Shown: positions 11,701-25,168 of the stretch, piece after piece
How the letters are laid out: every line of letters starts with the position of its first letter
Numbering within the stretch: the first letter of the stretch is position 1
Source of the DNA: Balanoglossus misakiensis
Taxonomy: Eukaryota; Animalia; Hemichordata
Assembly: GCA_040954595.2 (NCBI GenBank)
Contig: CM082584.2
Coordinates: forward strand, 9,567,061-9,631,060
Reading direction: 5' to 3'
DNA length: 64,000 nt
The notes under the pieces: model-generated
What the model was told of the DNA's origin: nothing
Database searches by the model: none
What the model saw: the letters and a program-made list of their open reading frames with translations, nothing else
Program-made: the position numbers and the translations under genes

Positions 11701-14700
11701 AAAAATGAGAATTTTTCGACTTTGCGGAATTTCAAAATTTGGCCGATTTTTGAAAAAATCATGGGTTATAGCTCATGAAAATCATCCAAAAATGAGAATT
11801 TTTCGACTTTGCGGAATTTCAAAATTTGGCCGATTTTTGAAAAAATCATGTGTTATAGCTCATGAAAATCATCCAAAAATGAGAATTTTTCGACTTTGCG
11901 GAATTTCAAAATTTGGCCGATTTTTGAAAAAATCATGGGTTATAGCTCATGAAAATCATCCAAAAATGAGAATTTTTCGACTTTGCGGAATTTCAAAATT
12001 TGGCCGATTTTTGAAAAAATCATGGGTTATAGCTCATGAAAATCATCCAAAAATGAGAATTTTTCGACTTTGCGGAATTTCAAAATTTGGCCGATTTTGA
12101 AAAAATCATGGGTTATAGCTCATGAAAATCATCCAAAAATGAGAATTTTTCGACTTTGCGGAATTTCAAAATTTGGCCGATTTTTGAAAAAATCATGGGT
12201 TATAGCTCATGAAAATCATCCAAAAATGAGAATTTTTCGACTTTGCGGAATTTCAAAATTTGGCCGATTTTTGAAAAATCATGGGTTATAGCTCATGAAA
12301 ATCATCCAAAAATGAGAATTTTTCGACTTTGCGGAATTTCAAAATTTGGCCGATTTTTGAAAAAATCATGGGTTATAGCTCATGAAAATCACTCAAAAAT
12401 GAGAATTTTTTCGACTTTGCGGAATTTCAAAATTTGGCCGATTTTTGAAAAAATCATGGGTTATAGCTCATGAAAATCATCCAAAAATGAGAATTTTTCG
12501 ACTTTGCGGAATTTCAAAACTTGGCCGATTTTTGAAAAAATCATGGGTTATAGCTCATGAAAAATCATCCCAAAATGAGAATTTTTCGACTTTGCGGAAT
12601 TTCAAAATTTGGCCGATTTTGAAAAAATCATGGGTTATAGCTCATGAAAATCATCCCAAAATGAGAATTTTTTCGACTTTGCGGAATTTCAAAATTTGGC
12701 CGATTTTTGAAAAAATCATGGGTTATAGCTCATGAAAATCATCCCAAAATGAGAATTTTTCGACTTTGCGGAATTTCAAAATTTGGCCGATTTTTGAAAA
12801 AATCATGGGTTATAGCTCATGAAAATCATCCAAAAATGAGAATTTTTCGACTTTGCGGAATTTCAAAATTTGGCCGATTTTTGAAAAAATCATGGGTTAT
12901 AGCTCATGAAAATCATCCAAAAATGAGAATTTTTCGACTTTGCGGAATTTCAAAATTTGGCCGATTTTTGAAAAATCATGGGTTATAGCTCATGAAAATC
13001 ATCCAAAAATGAGAATTTTTCGACTTTGCGGAATTTCAAAATTTGGCCGATTTTTGAAAAAATCATGGGTTATAGCTCATGAAAATCATCCAAAAATGAG
13101 AATTTTTCGACTTTGCGGAATTTCAAAATTTGGCCGATTTTTGAAAAAATCATGGGTTATAGCTCATGAAAATCATCCAAAAATGAGAATTTTTCGACTT
13201 TGCGGAATTTCAAAATTTGGCCGATTTTTGAAAAAATCATGGGTTATAGCTCATGAAAATCATCCAAAAATGAGAATTTTTCGACTTTGCGGAATTTCAA
13301 AATTTGGCCGATTTTTGAAAAAATCATGGGTTATAGCTCATGAAAATCATCCAAAAATGAGAATTTTTCGACTTTGCGGAATTTCAAAATTTGGCCGATT
13401 TTTGAAAAAATCATGGGTTATAGCTCATGAAAATCATCCAAAAATGAGAATTTTTCGACTTTGCGGAATTTCAAAATTTGGCCGATTTTTGAAAAAATCA
13501 TGGGTTATAGCTCATGAAAATCATCCAAAAATGAGAATTTTTCGACTTTGCGGAATTTCAAAATTTGGCCGATTTTTGAAAAAATCATGGGTTATAGCTC
13601 ATGAAAATCATCCAAAAATGAGAATTTTTCGACTTTGCGGAATTTCAAAATTTGGCCGATTTTTGAAAAAATCATGGGTTATAGCTCATGAAAATCATCC
13701 AAAAATGAGAATTTTTCGACTTTGCGGAATTTCAAAATTTGGCCGATTTTTGAAAAAATCATGGGTTATAGCTCATGAAAATCATCCAAAAATGAGAATT
13801 TTTCGACTTTGCGGAATTTCAAAATTTGGCCGATTTTTGAAAAAATCATGGGTTATAGCTCATGAAAATCATCCAAAAATGAGAATTTTTCGACTTTGCG
13901 GAATTTCAAAATTTGGCCGATTTTTGAAAAAATCATGGGTTATAGCTCATGAAAATCATCCAAAAATGAGAATTTTTCGACTTTGCGGAACTTCAAAATT
14001 TGGCCGATTTTGAAAAAATCATGGGTTATAGCTCATGAAAATCATCCAAAAATGAGAATTTTCGACTTTGCGGAATTTCAAAATTTGGCCGATTTTTGAA
14101 AAAATCATGGGTTATAGCTCATGAAAATCATCCAAAAATGAGAATTTTTCGACTTTGCGGAATTTCAAAATTTGGCCGATTTTTGAAAAAATCATGGGTT
14201 ATAGCTCATGAAAATCATCCCAAAATGAGAATTGTTCGACTTTGCGGAATTTCAAAATTTGGCCGATTTTTGAAAAAATCATGGGTTATAGCTCATGAAA
14301 ATCATCCAAAAATGAGAATTTTTCGACTTTGCGGAATTTCAAACCTTGGCCGATTTTTGAAAAAATCATGGGTTATAGCTCATGAAAATCATCCCAAAAT
14401 GAGAATTTTTCGACTTTGCGGAATTTCAAAATTTGGCCGATTTTTGAAAAAATCATGGGTTATAGCTCATGAAAATCATCCCAAAATGAGAATTTTTCGA
14501 CTTTGCGGAATTTCAAAATTTGGCCGATTTTTGAAAAAATCATGGGTTATAGCTCATGAAAATCATCCCAAAATGAGAATTTTTCGACTTTGCGGAATTT
14601 CAAAATTTGGCCGATTTTTGAAAAAATCATGGGTTATAGCTCATGAAAATCATCCAAAAATGAGAATTTTTCGACTTTGCGGAATTTCAAACCTTGGCCG

Positions 14701-17700
14701 ATTTTTGAAAAAATCATGGGTTATAGCTCATGAAAATCATCCAAAAATGAGAATTTTTCGACTTTGCGGAATTTCAAACCTTGGCCGATTTTTGAAAAAA
14801 TCATGGGTTATAGCTCATGAAAATCATCCCAAAATGAGAATTTTTCGACTTTGCGGAATTTCAAAATTTGGCCGATTTTTGAAAAAATCATGGGTTATAG
14901 CTCATGAAAATCATCCCAAAATGAGAATTTTTCGACTTTGCGGAATTTCAAAATTTGGCCGATTTTTGAAAAAATCATGGGTTATAGCTCATGAAAATCA
15001 TCCCAAAATGAGAATTTTTCGACTTTGCGGAATTTCAAAATTTGGCCGATTTTGAAAAAATCATGGGTTATAGCTCATGAAAATCATCCAAAAATGAGAA
15101 TTTTTCGACTTTGCGGAATTTCAAAATTTGGCCGATTTTTGAAAAAATCATGGGTTATAGCTCATGAAAATCATCCAAAAATGAGAATTTTTCGACTTTG
15201 CGGAATTTCAAAATTTGGCCGATTTTTGAAAAAATCATGGGTTATAGCTCATGAAAATCATCCAAAAATGAGAATTTTTCGACTTTGCGGAATTTCAAAA
15301 TTTGGCCGATTTTTGAAAAAATCATGGGTTATAGCTCATGAAAATCATCCAAAAATGAGAATTTTTCGACTTTGCGGAATTTCAAAATTTGGCCGATTTT
15401 TGAAAAAATCATGGGTTATAGCTCATGAAAATCACTCAAAAATGAGAATTTTTCGACTTTGCGGAATTTCAAAATTTGGCCGATTTTTGAAAAAATCATG
15501 GGTTATAGCTCATGAAAATCACTCAAAAATGAGAATTTTTCGACTTTGCGGAATTTCAAAATTTGGCCGATTTTTGAAAAAATCATGGGTTATAGCTCAT
15601 GAAAATCATCCCAAAATGAGAATTTTTCGACTTTGCGGAATTTCAAAATTTGGCCGATTTTTGAAAAAATCATGGGTTATAGCTCATGAAAATCATCCCA
15701 AAATGAGAATTTTTCGACTTTGCGGAATTTCAAAATTTGGCCGATTTTTGAAAAAATCATGGGTTATAGCTCATGAAAATCATCCAAAAATGAGAATTTT
15801 TCGACTTTGCGGAATTTCAAAATTTGGCCGATTTTGAAAAAATCATGGGTTATAGCTCATGAAAATCATCCAAAAATGAGAATTTTTCGACTTTGCGGAA
15901 TTTCAAAATTTGGCCGATTTTTGAAAAAATCATGGGTTATAGCTCATGAAAATCATCCAAAAATGAGAATTTTTTCGACTTTGCGGAATTTCAAAATTTG
16001 GCCGATTTTTGAAAAAATCATGGGTTATAGCTCATGAAAATCATCCAAAAATGAGAATTTTTCGACTTTGCGGAATTTCAAAATTTGGCCGATTTTTGAA
16101 AAAATCATGGGTTATAGCTCATGAAAATCATCCAAAAATGAGAATTTTTCGACTTTGCGGAATTTCAAAATTTGGCCGATTTTTGAAAAATCATGGGTTA
16201 TAGCTCATGAAAATCATCCAAAAATGAGAATTTTTCGACTTTGCGGAATTTCAAAATTTGGCCGATTTTTGAAAAAATCATGGGTTATAGCTCATGAAAA
16301 TCATCCAAAAATGAGAATTTTTCGACTTTGCGGAATTTCAAAATTTGGCCGATTTTTGAAAAAATCATGGGTTATAGCTCATGAAAATCATCCAAAAATG
16401 AGAATTTTTCGACTTTGCGGAATTTCAAATTTGGCCGATTTTTGAAAAAATCATGGGTTATAGCTCATGAAAATCACTCAAAAATGAGAATTTTTCGACT
16501 TTGCGGAATTTCAAAATTTGGCCGATTTTTGAAAAAATCATGGGTTATGGCTCATGAAAATCATCCAAAATGAGAATTTTTCGACTTTGTGGAATTTCAA
16601 AATTTGGCCGATTTTTGAAAAAATCATGGGTTATAGCTCATGAAAATCATCCAAAAATGAGAATTTTTCGACTTTGCGGAATTTCAAAATTTGGCCGATT
16701 TTTGAAAAAATCATGGGTTATAGCTCATGAAAATCATCCAAAAATGAGAATTTTTCGACTTTGCGGAACTTCAAAATTTGGCCGATTTTTGAAAAAATCA
16801 TGGGTTATAGCTCATGAAAATCATCCAAAAATGAGAATTTTTCGACTTTGCGGAACTTCAAAATTTGGCCGATTTTTGAAAAAATCATGGGTTATAGCTC
16901 ATGAAAATCATCCAAAAATGAGAATTTTTCGACTTTGCGGAATTTCAAAATTTGGCCGATTTTTGAAAAAATCATGGGTTATAGCTCATGAAAACCATCC
17001 AAAAATGAGAATTTTTCGACTTTGCGGAATTTCAAAATTTGGCCGATTTTTGAAAAAATCATGGGTTATAGCTCATGAAAATCATCCAAAAATGAGAATT
17101 TTTCGACTGTGCGGAATTTCAAAATTTGGCCGATTTTTGAAAAAATCATGGGTTATAGCTCATGAAAATCATCCCAAAATGAGAATTTTTCGACTTTGCG
17201 GAATTTCAAAACTTGGCCGATTTTTGAAAAAATCATGGGTTATAGCTCATGAAAATCATCCAAAAATGAGAATTTTTCGACTTTGCGGAATTTCAAAACT
17301 TGGCCGATTTTTGAAAAAATCATGGGTTATAGCTCATGAAAATCATTCAAAAATGAGAATTTTTCGACTTTGCGGAATTTCAAAATTTGGCCGATTTTTG
17401 AAAAAATCATGGGTTATAGCTCATGAAAATCATCCCAAAATGAGAATTTTTCGACTTTGCGGAATTTCAAAATTTGGCCGATTTTTGAAAAAATCATGGG
17501 TTATAGCTCATGAAAATCATCCCAAAATGAGAATTTTTCGACTTTGCGGAATTTCAAAATTTGGCCGATTTTTGAAAAAATCATGGGTTATAGCTCATGA
17601 AAATCATCCAAAAATGAGAATTTTTCGACTTTGCGGAATTTCAAAATTTGGCCGATTTTTGAAAAAATCATGGGTTATAGCTCATGAAAATCATCCAAAA

Positions 17701-20700
17701 ATGAGAATTTTTCGACTTTGCGGAATTTCAAAATTTGGCCGATTTTTGAAAAAATCATGGGTTATAGCTCATGAAAATCATCCCAAAATGAGAATTTTTC
17801 GACTTTGCGGAATTTCAAAATTTGGCCGATTTTTGAAAAAATCATGGGTTATAGCTCATGAAAATCACTCAAAAATGAGAATTTTTCGACTTTGCGGAAT
17901 TTCAAAATTTGGCCGATTTTTGAAAAAATCATGGGTTATAGCTCATGAAAATCATCCCAAAATGAGAATTTTTCGACTTTGCGGAATTTCAAAATTTGGC
18001 CGATTTTTGAAAAAATCATGGGTTATAGCTCATGAAAATCATCCAAAAATGAGAATTTTTCGACTTTGCGGAATTTCAAAATTTGGCCGATTTTTGAAAA
18101 AATCATGGGTTATAGCTCATGAAAATCATCCAAAAATGAGAATTTTTCGACTTTGCGGAATTTCAAAATTTGGCCGATTTTTGAAAAAATCATGGGTTAT
18201 AGCTCATGAAAATCATCCAAAAATGAGAATTTTTCGACTTTGCGGAATTTCAAAATTTGGCCGATTTTTGAAAAAATCATGGGTTATAGCTCATGAAAAT
18301 CATCCAAAAATGAGAATTTTTCGACTTTGCGGAATTTCAAAATTTGGCCGATTTTTGAAAAAATCATGGGTTATAGCTCATGAAAATCATCCCAAAATGA
18401 GAATTTTTCGACTTTGCGGAATTTCAAAATTTGGCCGATTTTTGAAAAAATCATGGGTTATAGCTCATGAAAATCATCCAAAAATGAGAATTTTTCGACT
18501 TTGCGGAATTTCAAAATTTGGCCGATTTTTGAAAAAATCATGGGTTATAGCTCATGAAAATCATCCAAAAATGAGAATTTTTCGACTTTGCGGAATTTCA
18601 AAATTTGGCCGATTTTTGAAAAAATCATGGGTTATAGCTCATGAAAATCATCCAAAAATGAGAATTTTTCGACTTTGCGGAATTTCAAAATTTGGCCGAT
18701 TTTTGAAAAAATCATGGGTTATAGCTCATGAAAATCATCCAAAAATGAGAATTTTTCGACTTTGCGGAATTTCAAAATTTGGCCGATTTTTGAAAAAATC
18801 ATGGGTTATAGCTCATGAAAATCATCCAAAAATGAGAATTTTTCGACTTTGCGGAATTTCAAAATTTGGCCGATTTTTGAAAAAATCATGGGTTATAGCT
18901 CATGAAAATCATCCAAAAATGAGAATTTTTCGACTTTGCGGAATTTCAAAATTTGGCCGATTTTTGAAAAAATCATGGGTTATAGCTCATGAAAATCATC
19001 CAAAAATGAGAATTTTTCGACTTTGCGGAATTTCAAAATTTGGCCGATTTTTGAAAAAATCATGGGTTATAGCTCATGAAAATCATCCAAAAATGAGAAT
19101 TTTTCGACTTTGCGGAATTTCAAAATTTGGCCGATTTTTGAAAAAATCATGGGTTATAGCTCATGAAAATCATCCAAAAATGAGAATTTTTCGACTTTGC
19201 GGAATTTCAAAATTTGGCCGATTTTTGAAAAAATCATGGGTTATAGCTCATGAAAATCATCCAAAAATGAGAATTTTTCGACTTTGCGGAATTTCAAAAT
19301 TTGGCCGATTTTTGAAAAAATCATGGGTTATAGCTCATGAAAATCATCCAAAAATGAGAATTTTTCGACTTTGCGGAATTTCAAAATTTGGCCGATTTTT
19401 GAAAAAATCATGGGTTATAGCTCATGAAAATCATCCAAAAATGAGAATTTTTCGACTTTGCGGAATTTCAAAATTTGGCCGATTTTTGAAAAAATCATGG
19501 GTTATAGCTCATGAAAATCATCCAAAAATGAGAATTTTTCGACTTTGCGGAACTTCAAAATTTGGCCGATTTTTGAAAAAATCATGGGTTATAGCTCATG
19601 AAAATCATCCAAAAATGAGAATTTTTCGACTTTGCGGAATTTCAAAATTTGGCCGATTTTTGAAAAAATCATGGGTTATAGCTCATGAAAATCATCCAAA
19701 AATGAGAATTTTTCGACTTTGCGGAATTTCAAAATTTGGCCGATTTTTGAAAAAATCATGGGTTATAGCTCATGAAAATCATCCAAAAATGAGAATTTTT
19801 CGACTTTGCGGAATTTCAAAATTTGGCCGATTTTTGAAAAAATCATGGGTTATAGCTCATGAAAATCATCCAAAAATGAGAATTTTTCGACTTTGCGGAA
19901 TTTCAAAATTTGGCCGATTTTTGAAAAAATCATGGGTTATAGCTCATGAAAATCATCCAAAAATGAGAATTTTTCGACTTTGCGGAATTTCAAAATTTGG
20001 CCGATTTTTGAAAAAATCATGGGTTATAGCTCATGAAAATCATCCAAAAATGAGAATTTTTCGACTTTGCGGAATTTCAAAATTTGGCCGATTTTTGAAA
20101 AAATCATGGGTTATAGCTCATGAAAATCATCCAAAAATGAGAATTTTTCGACTTTGCGGAATTTCAAAATTTGGCCGATTTTTGAAAAAATCATGGGTTA
20201 TAGCTCATGAAAATCATCCAAAAATGAGAATTTTTCGACTTTGCGGAATTTCAAAATTTGGCCGATTTTTGAAAAAATCATGGGTTATAGCTCATGAAAA
20301 TCATCCAAAAATGAGAATTTTTCGACTTTGCGGAATTTCAAAATTTGGCCGATTTTTGAAAAAATCATGGGTTATAGCTCATGAAAATCATCCAAAAATG
20401 AGAATTTTTCGACTTTGCGGAATTTCAAAATTTGGCCGATTTTTGAAAAAATCATGGGTTATAGCTCATGAAAATCATCCAAAAATGAGAATTTTTCGAC
20501 TTTGCGGAACTTCAAAATTTGGCCGATTTTTGAAAAAATCATGGGTTATAGCTCATGAAAATCATCCAAAAATGAGAATTTTTCGACTTTGCGGAATTTC
20601 AAAATTTGGCCGATTTTTGAAAAAATCATGGGTTATAGCTCATGAAAATCATCCAAAAATGAGAATTTTTCGACTTTGCGGAATTTCAAAATTTGGCCGA

Positions 20701-23700
20701 TTTTTGAAAAAATCATGGGTTATAGCTCATGAAAATCATCCAAAAATGAGAATTTTTCGACTTTGCGGAATTTCAAAATTTGGCCGATTTTTGAAAAAAT
20801 CATGGGTTATAGCTCATGAAAATCATCCAAAAATGAGAATTTTTCGACTTTGCGGAATTTCAAAATTTGGCCGATTTTTGAAAAAATCATGGGTTATAGC
20901 TCATGAAAATCATCCAAAAATGAGAATTTTTCGACTTTGCGGAATTTCAAAATTTGGCCGATTTTTGAAAAAATCATGGGTTATAGCTCATGAAAATCAT
21001 CCAAAAATGAGAATTTTTCGACTTTGCGGAATTTCAAAATTTGGCCGATTTTTGAAAAAATCATGGGTTATAGCTCATGAAAATCATCCAAAAATGAGAA
21101 TTTTTCGACTTTGCGGAATTTCAAAATTTGGCCGATTTTTGAAAAAATCATGGGTTATAGCTCATGAAAATCATCCAAAAATGAGAATTTTTCGACTTTG
21201 CGGAATTTCAAAATTTGGCCGATTTTTGAAAAAATCATGGGTTATAGCTCATGAAAATCATCCAAAAATGAGAATTTTTCGACTTTGCGGAATTTCAAAA
21301 TTTGGCCGATTTTTGAAAAAATCATGGGTTATAGCTCATGAAAATCATCCAAAAATGAGAATTTTTCGACTTTGCGGAATTTCAAAATTTGGCCGATTTT
21401 TGAAAAAATCATGGGTTATAGCTCATGAAAATCATCCAAAAATGAGAATTTTTCGACTTTGCGGAATTTCAAAATTTGGCCGATTTTTGAAAAAATCATG
21501 GGTTATAGCTCATGAAAATCATCCAAAAATGAGAATTTTTCGACTTTGCGGAACTTCAAAATTTGGCCGATTTTTGAAAAAATCATGGGTTATAGCTCAT
21601 GAAAATCATCCAAAAATGAGAATTTTTCGACTTTGCGGAATTTCAAAATTTGGCCGATTTTTGAAAAAATCATGGGTTATAGCTCATGAAAATCATCCAA
21701 AAATGAGAATTTTTCGACTTTGCGGAATTTCAAAATTTGGCCGATTTTTGAAAAAATCATGGGTTATAGCTCATGAAAATCATCCAAAAATGAGAATTTT
21801 TCGACTTTGCGGAATTTCAAAATTTGGCCGATTTTTGAAAAAATCATGGGTTATAGCTCATGAAAATCATCCAAAAATGAGAATTTTTCGACTTTGCGGA
21901 ATTTCAAAATTTGGCCGATTTTTGAAAAAATCATGGGTTATAGCTCATGAAAATCATCCAAAAATGAGAATTTTTCGACTTTGCGGAATTTCAAAATTTG
22001 GCCGATTTTTGAAAAAATCATGGGTTATAGCTCATGAAAATCATCCAAAAATGAGAATTTTTCGACTTTGCGGAATTTCAAAATTTGGCCGATTTTTGAA
22101 AAAATCATGGGTTATAGCTCATGAAAATCATCCAAAAATGAGAATTTTTCGACTTTGCGGAATTTCAAAATTTGGCCGATTTTTGAAAAAATCATGGGTT
22201 ATAGCTCATGAAAATCATCCAAAAATGAGAATTTTTCGACTTTGCGGAACTTCAAAATTTGGCCGATTTTTGAAAAAATCATGGGTTATAATCTCATGAA
22301 AATCATCCAAAAATGAGAATTTTTCGACTTTGCGGAACTTCAAAATTTGGCCGATTTTTGAAAAAATCATGGGTTATAGCTCATGAAAATCATCCAAAAA
22401 TGAGAATTTTTCGACTTTGCGGAACTTCAAAATTTGGCCGATTTTTGAAAAAATCATGGGTTATAGCTCATGAAAATCATCCAAAAATGAGAATTTTTCG
22501 ACTTTGCGGAACTTCAAAATTTGGCCGATTTTTGAAAAAATCATGGGTTATAGCTCATGAAAACCATCCAAAAATGAGAATTTTTCGACTTTGCGGAATT
22601 TCAAAATTTGGCCGATTTTTGAAAAAATCATGGGTTATAGCTCATGAAAATCATCCAAAAATGAGAATTTTTCGACTTTGTGGAATTTCAAAATTTGGCC
22701 GATTTTTGAAAAAATCATGGGTTAAAGCTCATGAAAATCATCCAAAAATGAGAATTTTTCGACTTTGCGGAATTTCAAAATTTGGCCGATTTTTGAAAAA
22801 ATCATGGGTTATAGCTCATGAAAATCATCCAAAAATGAGAATTTTTCGACTTTGCGGAACTTCAAAATTTGGCCGATTTTTGAAAAAATCATGGGTTATA
22901 GCTCATGAAAATCATCCAAAAATGAGAATTTTTCGACTTTGCGGAATTTCAAAATTTGGCCGATTTTTGAACAAATCATGGGTTATAGCTCATGAAAATC
23001 ATCCAAAAATGAGAATTTTTCGACTTTGCGGAATTTCAAAATTTGGCCGATTTTTGAACAAATCATGGGTTATAGCTCATGAAAATCATCCAAAAATGAG
23101 AATTTTTCGACTTTGCGGAAATTCAAAATTTGGCCGATTTTTGAACAAATCATGGGTTATAGCTCATGAAAATCATCCAAAAATGAGAATTTTTCGACTT
23201 TGCGGAATTTCAAAATTTGGCCGATTTTTGAAAAAATCATGGGTTATAGCTCATGAAAATCATCCAAAAATGAGAATTTTTCGACTTTGCGGAATTTCAA
23301 AATTTGGCCGATTTTTGAAAAAATCATGGGTTATAGCTCATGAAAATCATCCAAAAATGAGAATTTTTCGACTTTGCGGAACTTCAAAATTTGACCGATT
23401 TTTGAAAAAATCATGGGTTATAGCTCATGAAAATCATCCAAAAATGAGAATTTTTCGACTTTGCGGAATTTCAAAATTTGGCCGATTTTTGAAAAAATCA
23501 TGGGTTATAGCTCATGAAAATCATCCAAAAATGAGAATTTTTCGACTTTGCGGAATTTCAAAATTTGGCCGATTTTTGAAAAAATCATGGGTTAAAGCTC
23601 ATGAAAATCATCCAAAAATGAGAATTTTTCGACTTTGCGGAATTTCAAAATTTGGCCGATTTTTGAACAAATCATGGGTTATAGCTCATGAAAATCATCC

Positions 23701-25134
23701 AAAAATGAGAATTTTTCGACTTTGCGGAATTTCAAAATTTGGCCGATTTTTGAAAAAATCATGGGTTATAGCTCATGAAAATCATCCAAAAATGAGAATT
23801 TTTCGACTTTGCGGAATTTCAAAATTTGGCCGATTTTTGAAAAAATCATGGGTTATAGCTCATGAAAATCATCCAAAAATAACTCGATTTTGGCAATTTT
23901 GGTGATTTTTACATTTTGGGACATTTTTCATGGGTTATAGCTCAGCAAAATTGTTAAAAATGACAAATTCTCGAGTTAGGTAATTTGGGTGAATTTTTTT
24001 TTATTTTGGGACATTTCTCTCGACACACACTCACAAATACTTATTCTCACCCTTTTGACCGGTGAGTAGTTTCCAGTGCCCGACTCTGATTGACGCCATC
24101 ACTTTGACGTCGAAAGGTACATTCCTGGTGTAGGGTTCGTTACGCGGAGAACCTGACTTTGCTCGTAATGGATCAATGTTATGAACGATTTCATTTCTGG
24201 CGGTCTTCTTACCCTCGCTGGGAAAAAAAAACAAGAACATGTTTTATCTCTTCAAAGCCCTAATAGATAACTGCCATTTATGTTTTTGTCAAAAAAAGAA
24301 TTGTATTCTCCAGATCCGACAAACATCACCACTTTGAATTTGTGGAAATTCTGATACGCACGGGTCAACACAGCGATGGATGAATATTTTTTTTTTAAAA
24401 AACGCTAAACAAAACGGCACTCCTGGAGAGCACTTATTCAAATACCTGATGGTTTCCCATTGGTTGACACCGTCCAATGGCTTACCCCCATTTATCGTAC
24501 CGCCAGCCAGGTGCACAAACGTCGGCAGCCAATCACCAACGTAAAGAAGTTCTCGATTCACCGTTCCCCGCACACTTGGATTTAGCAAAGGGCCCGTGAC
24601 AAAACCGGGTCCTCTGACACCTCCCTCGTAGAGTGAGCCTTTCTGACCTCTAAGGGGCCAATTACTGGCACCACCACCATTAGCGCCGCCATTATCTACA
24701 AAATAAAGCATATGATAAAAAATACCAATAGAGGTAAATCGTATGTGTTGAATTTATTTTCATGTCACAATTGTATTATTACCTGTTGAGAAGACAACGA
24801 TGCTGTTTTCCCAAAGACCTGTTTCTTTTAAAGTTTGGGTGACATTGCCGATCGCTTCGTCCATGCAGGTGGTCATACCGGCGTATATTCTTCGATCCAT
24901 GTCATTCTTGATTTTGTCTTTGTACATGTCTGTGTATTTCTGGGGAACTTGTAATGGAAGGTGGACGGCTTGAAATGACAGGAACAAAAATAGGGGCTGG
25001 GATAGAGAAAAGGAAGTTATCAAGTTGTAGACATACATACATACATACATACATACATACATACATACATACATACATACATACATACATACATACATAC
25101 ATACATACATACATACATACATACATACATACAT

Positions 25135-25168
<34 letters not shown>

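Noticed and set aside
2931-23880. CRISPR array or other repeat-spacer system
   Set aside because: Monomers are contiguous with no unique spacers, there are no cas genes, and the context is a spliced eukaryotic locus.
2963-23905. Annotating the many [15 protein letters not shown]... ORFs as genes
   Set aside because: They follow from an 87-bp (3n) monomer with one stop-free frame. The ORF ends are homopolymer indels and the region is an intron of a minus-strand gene. Kept only as a low-interest test.
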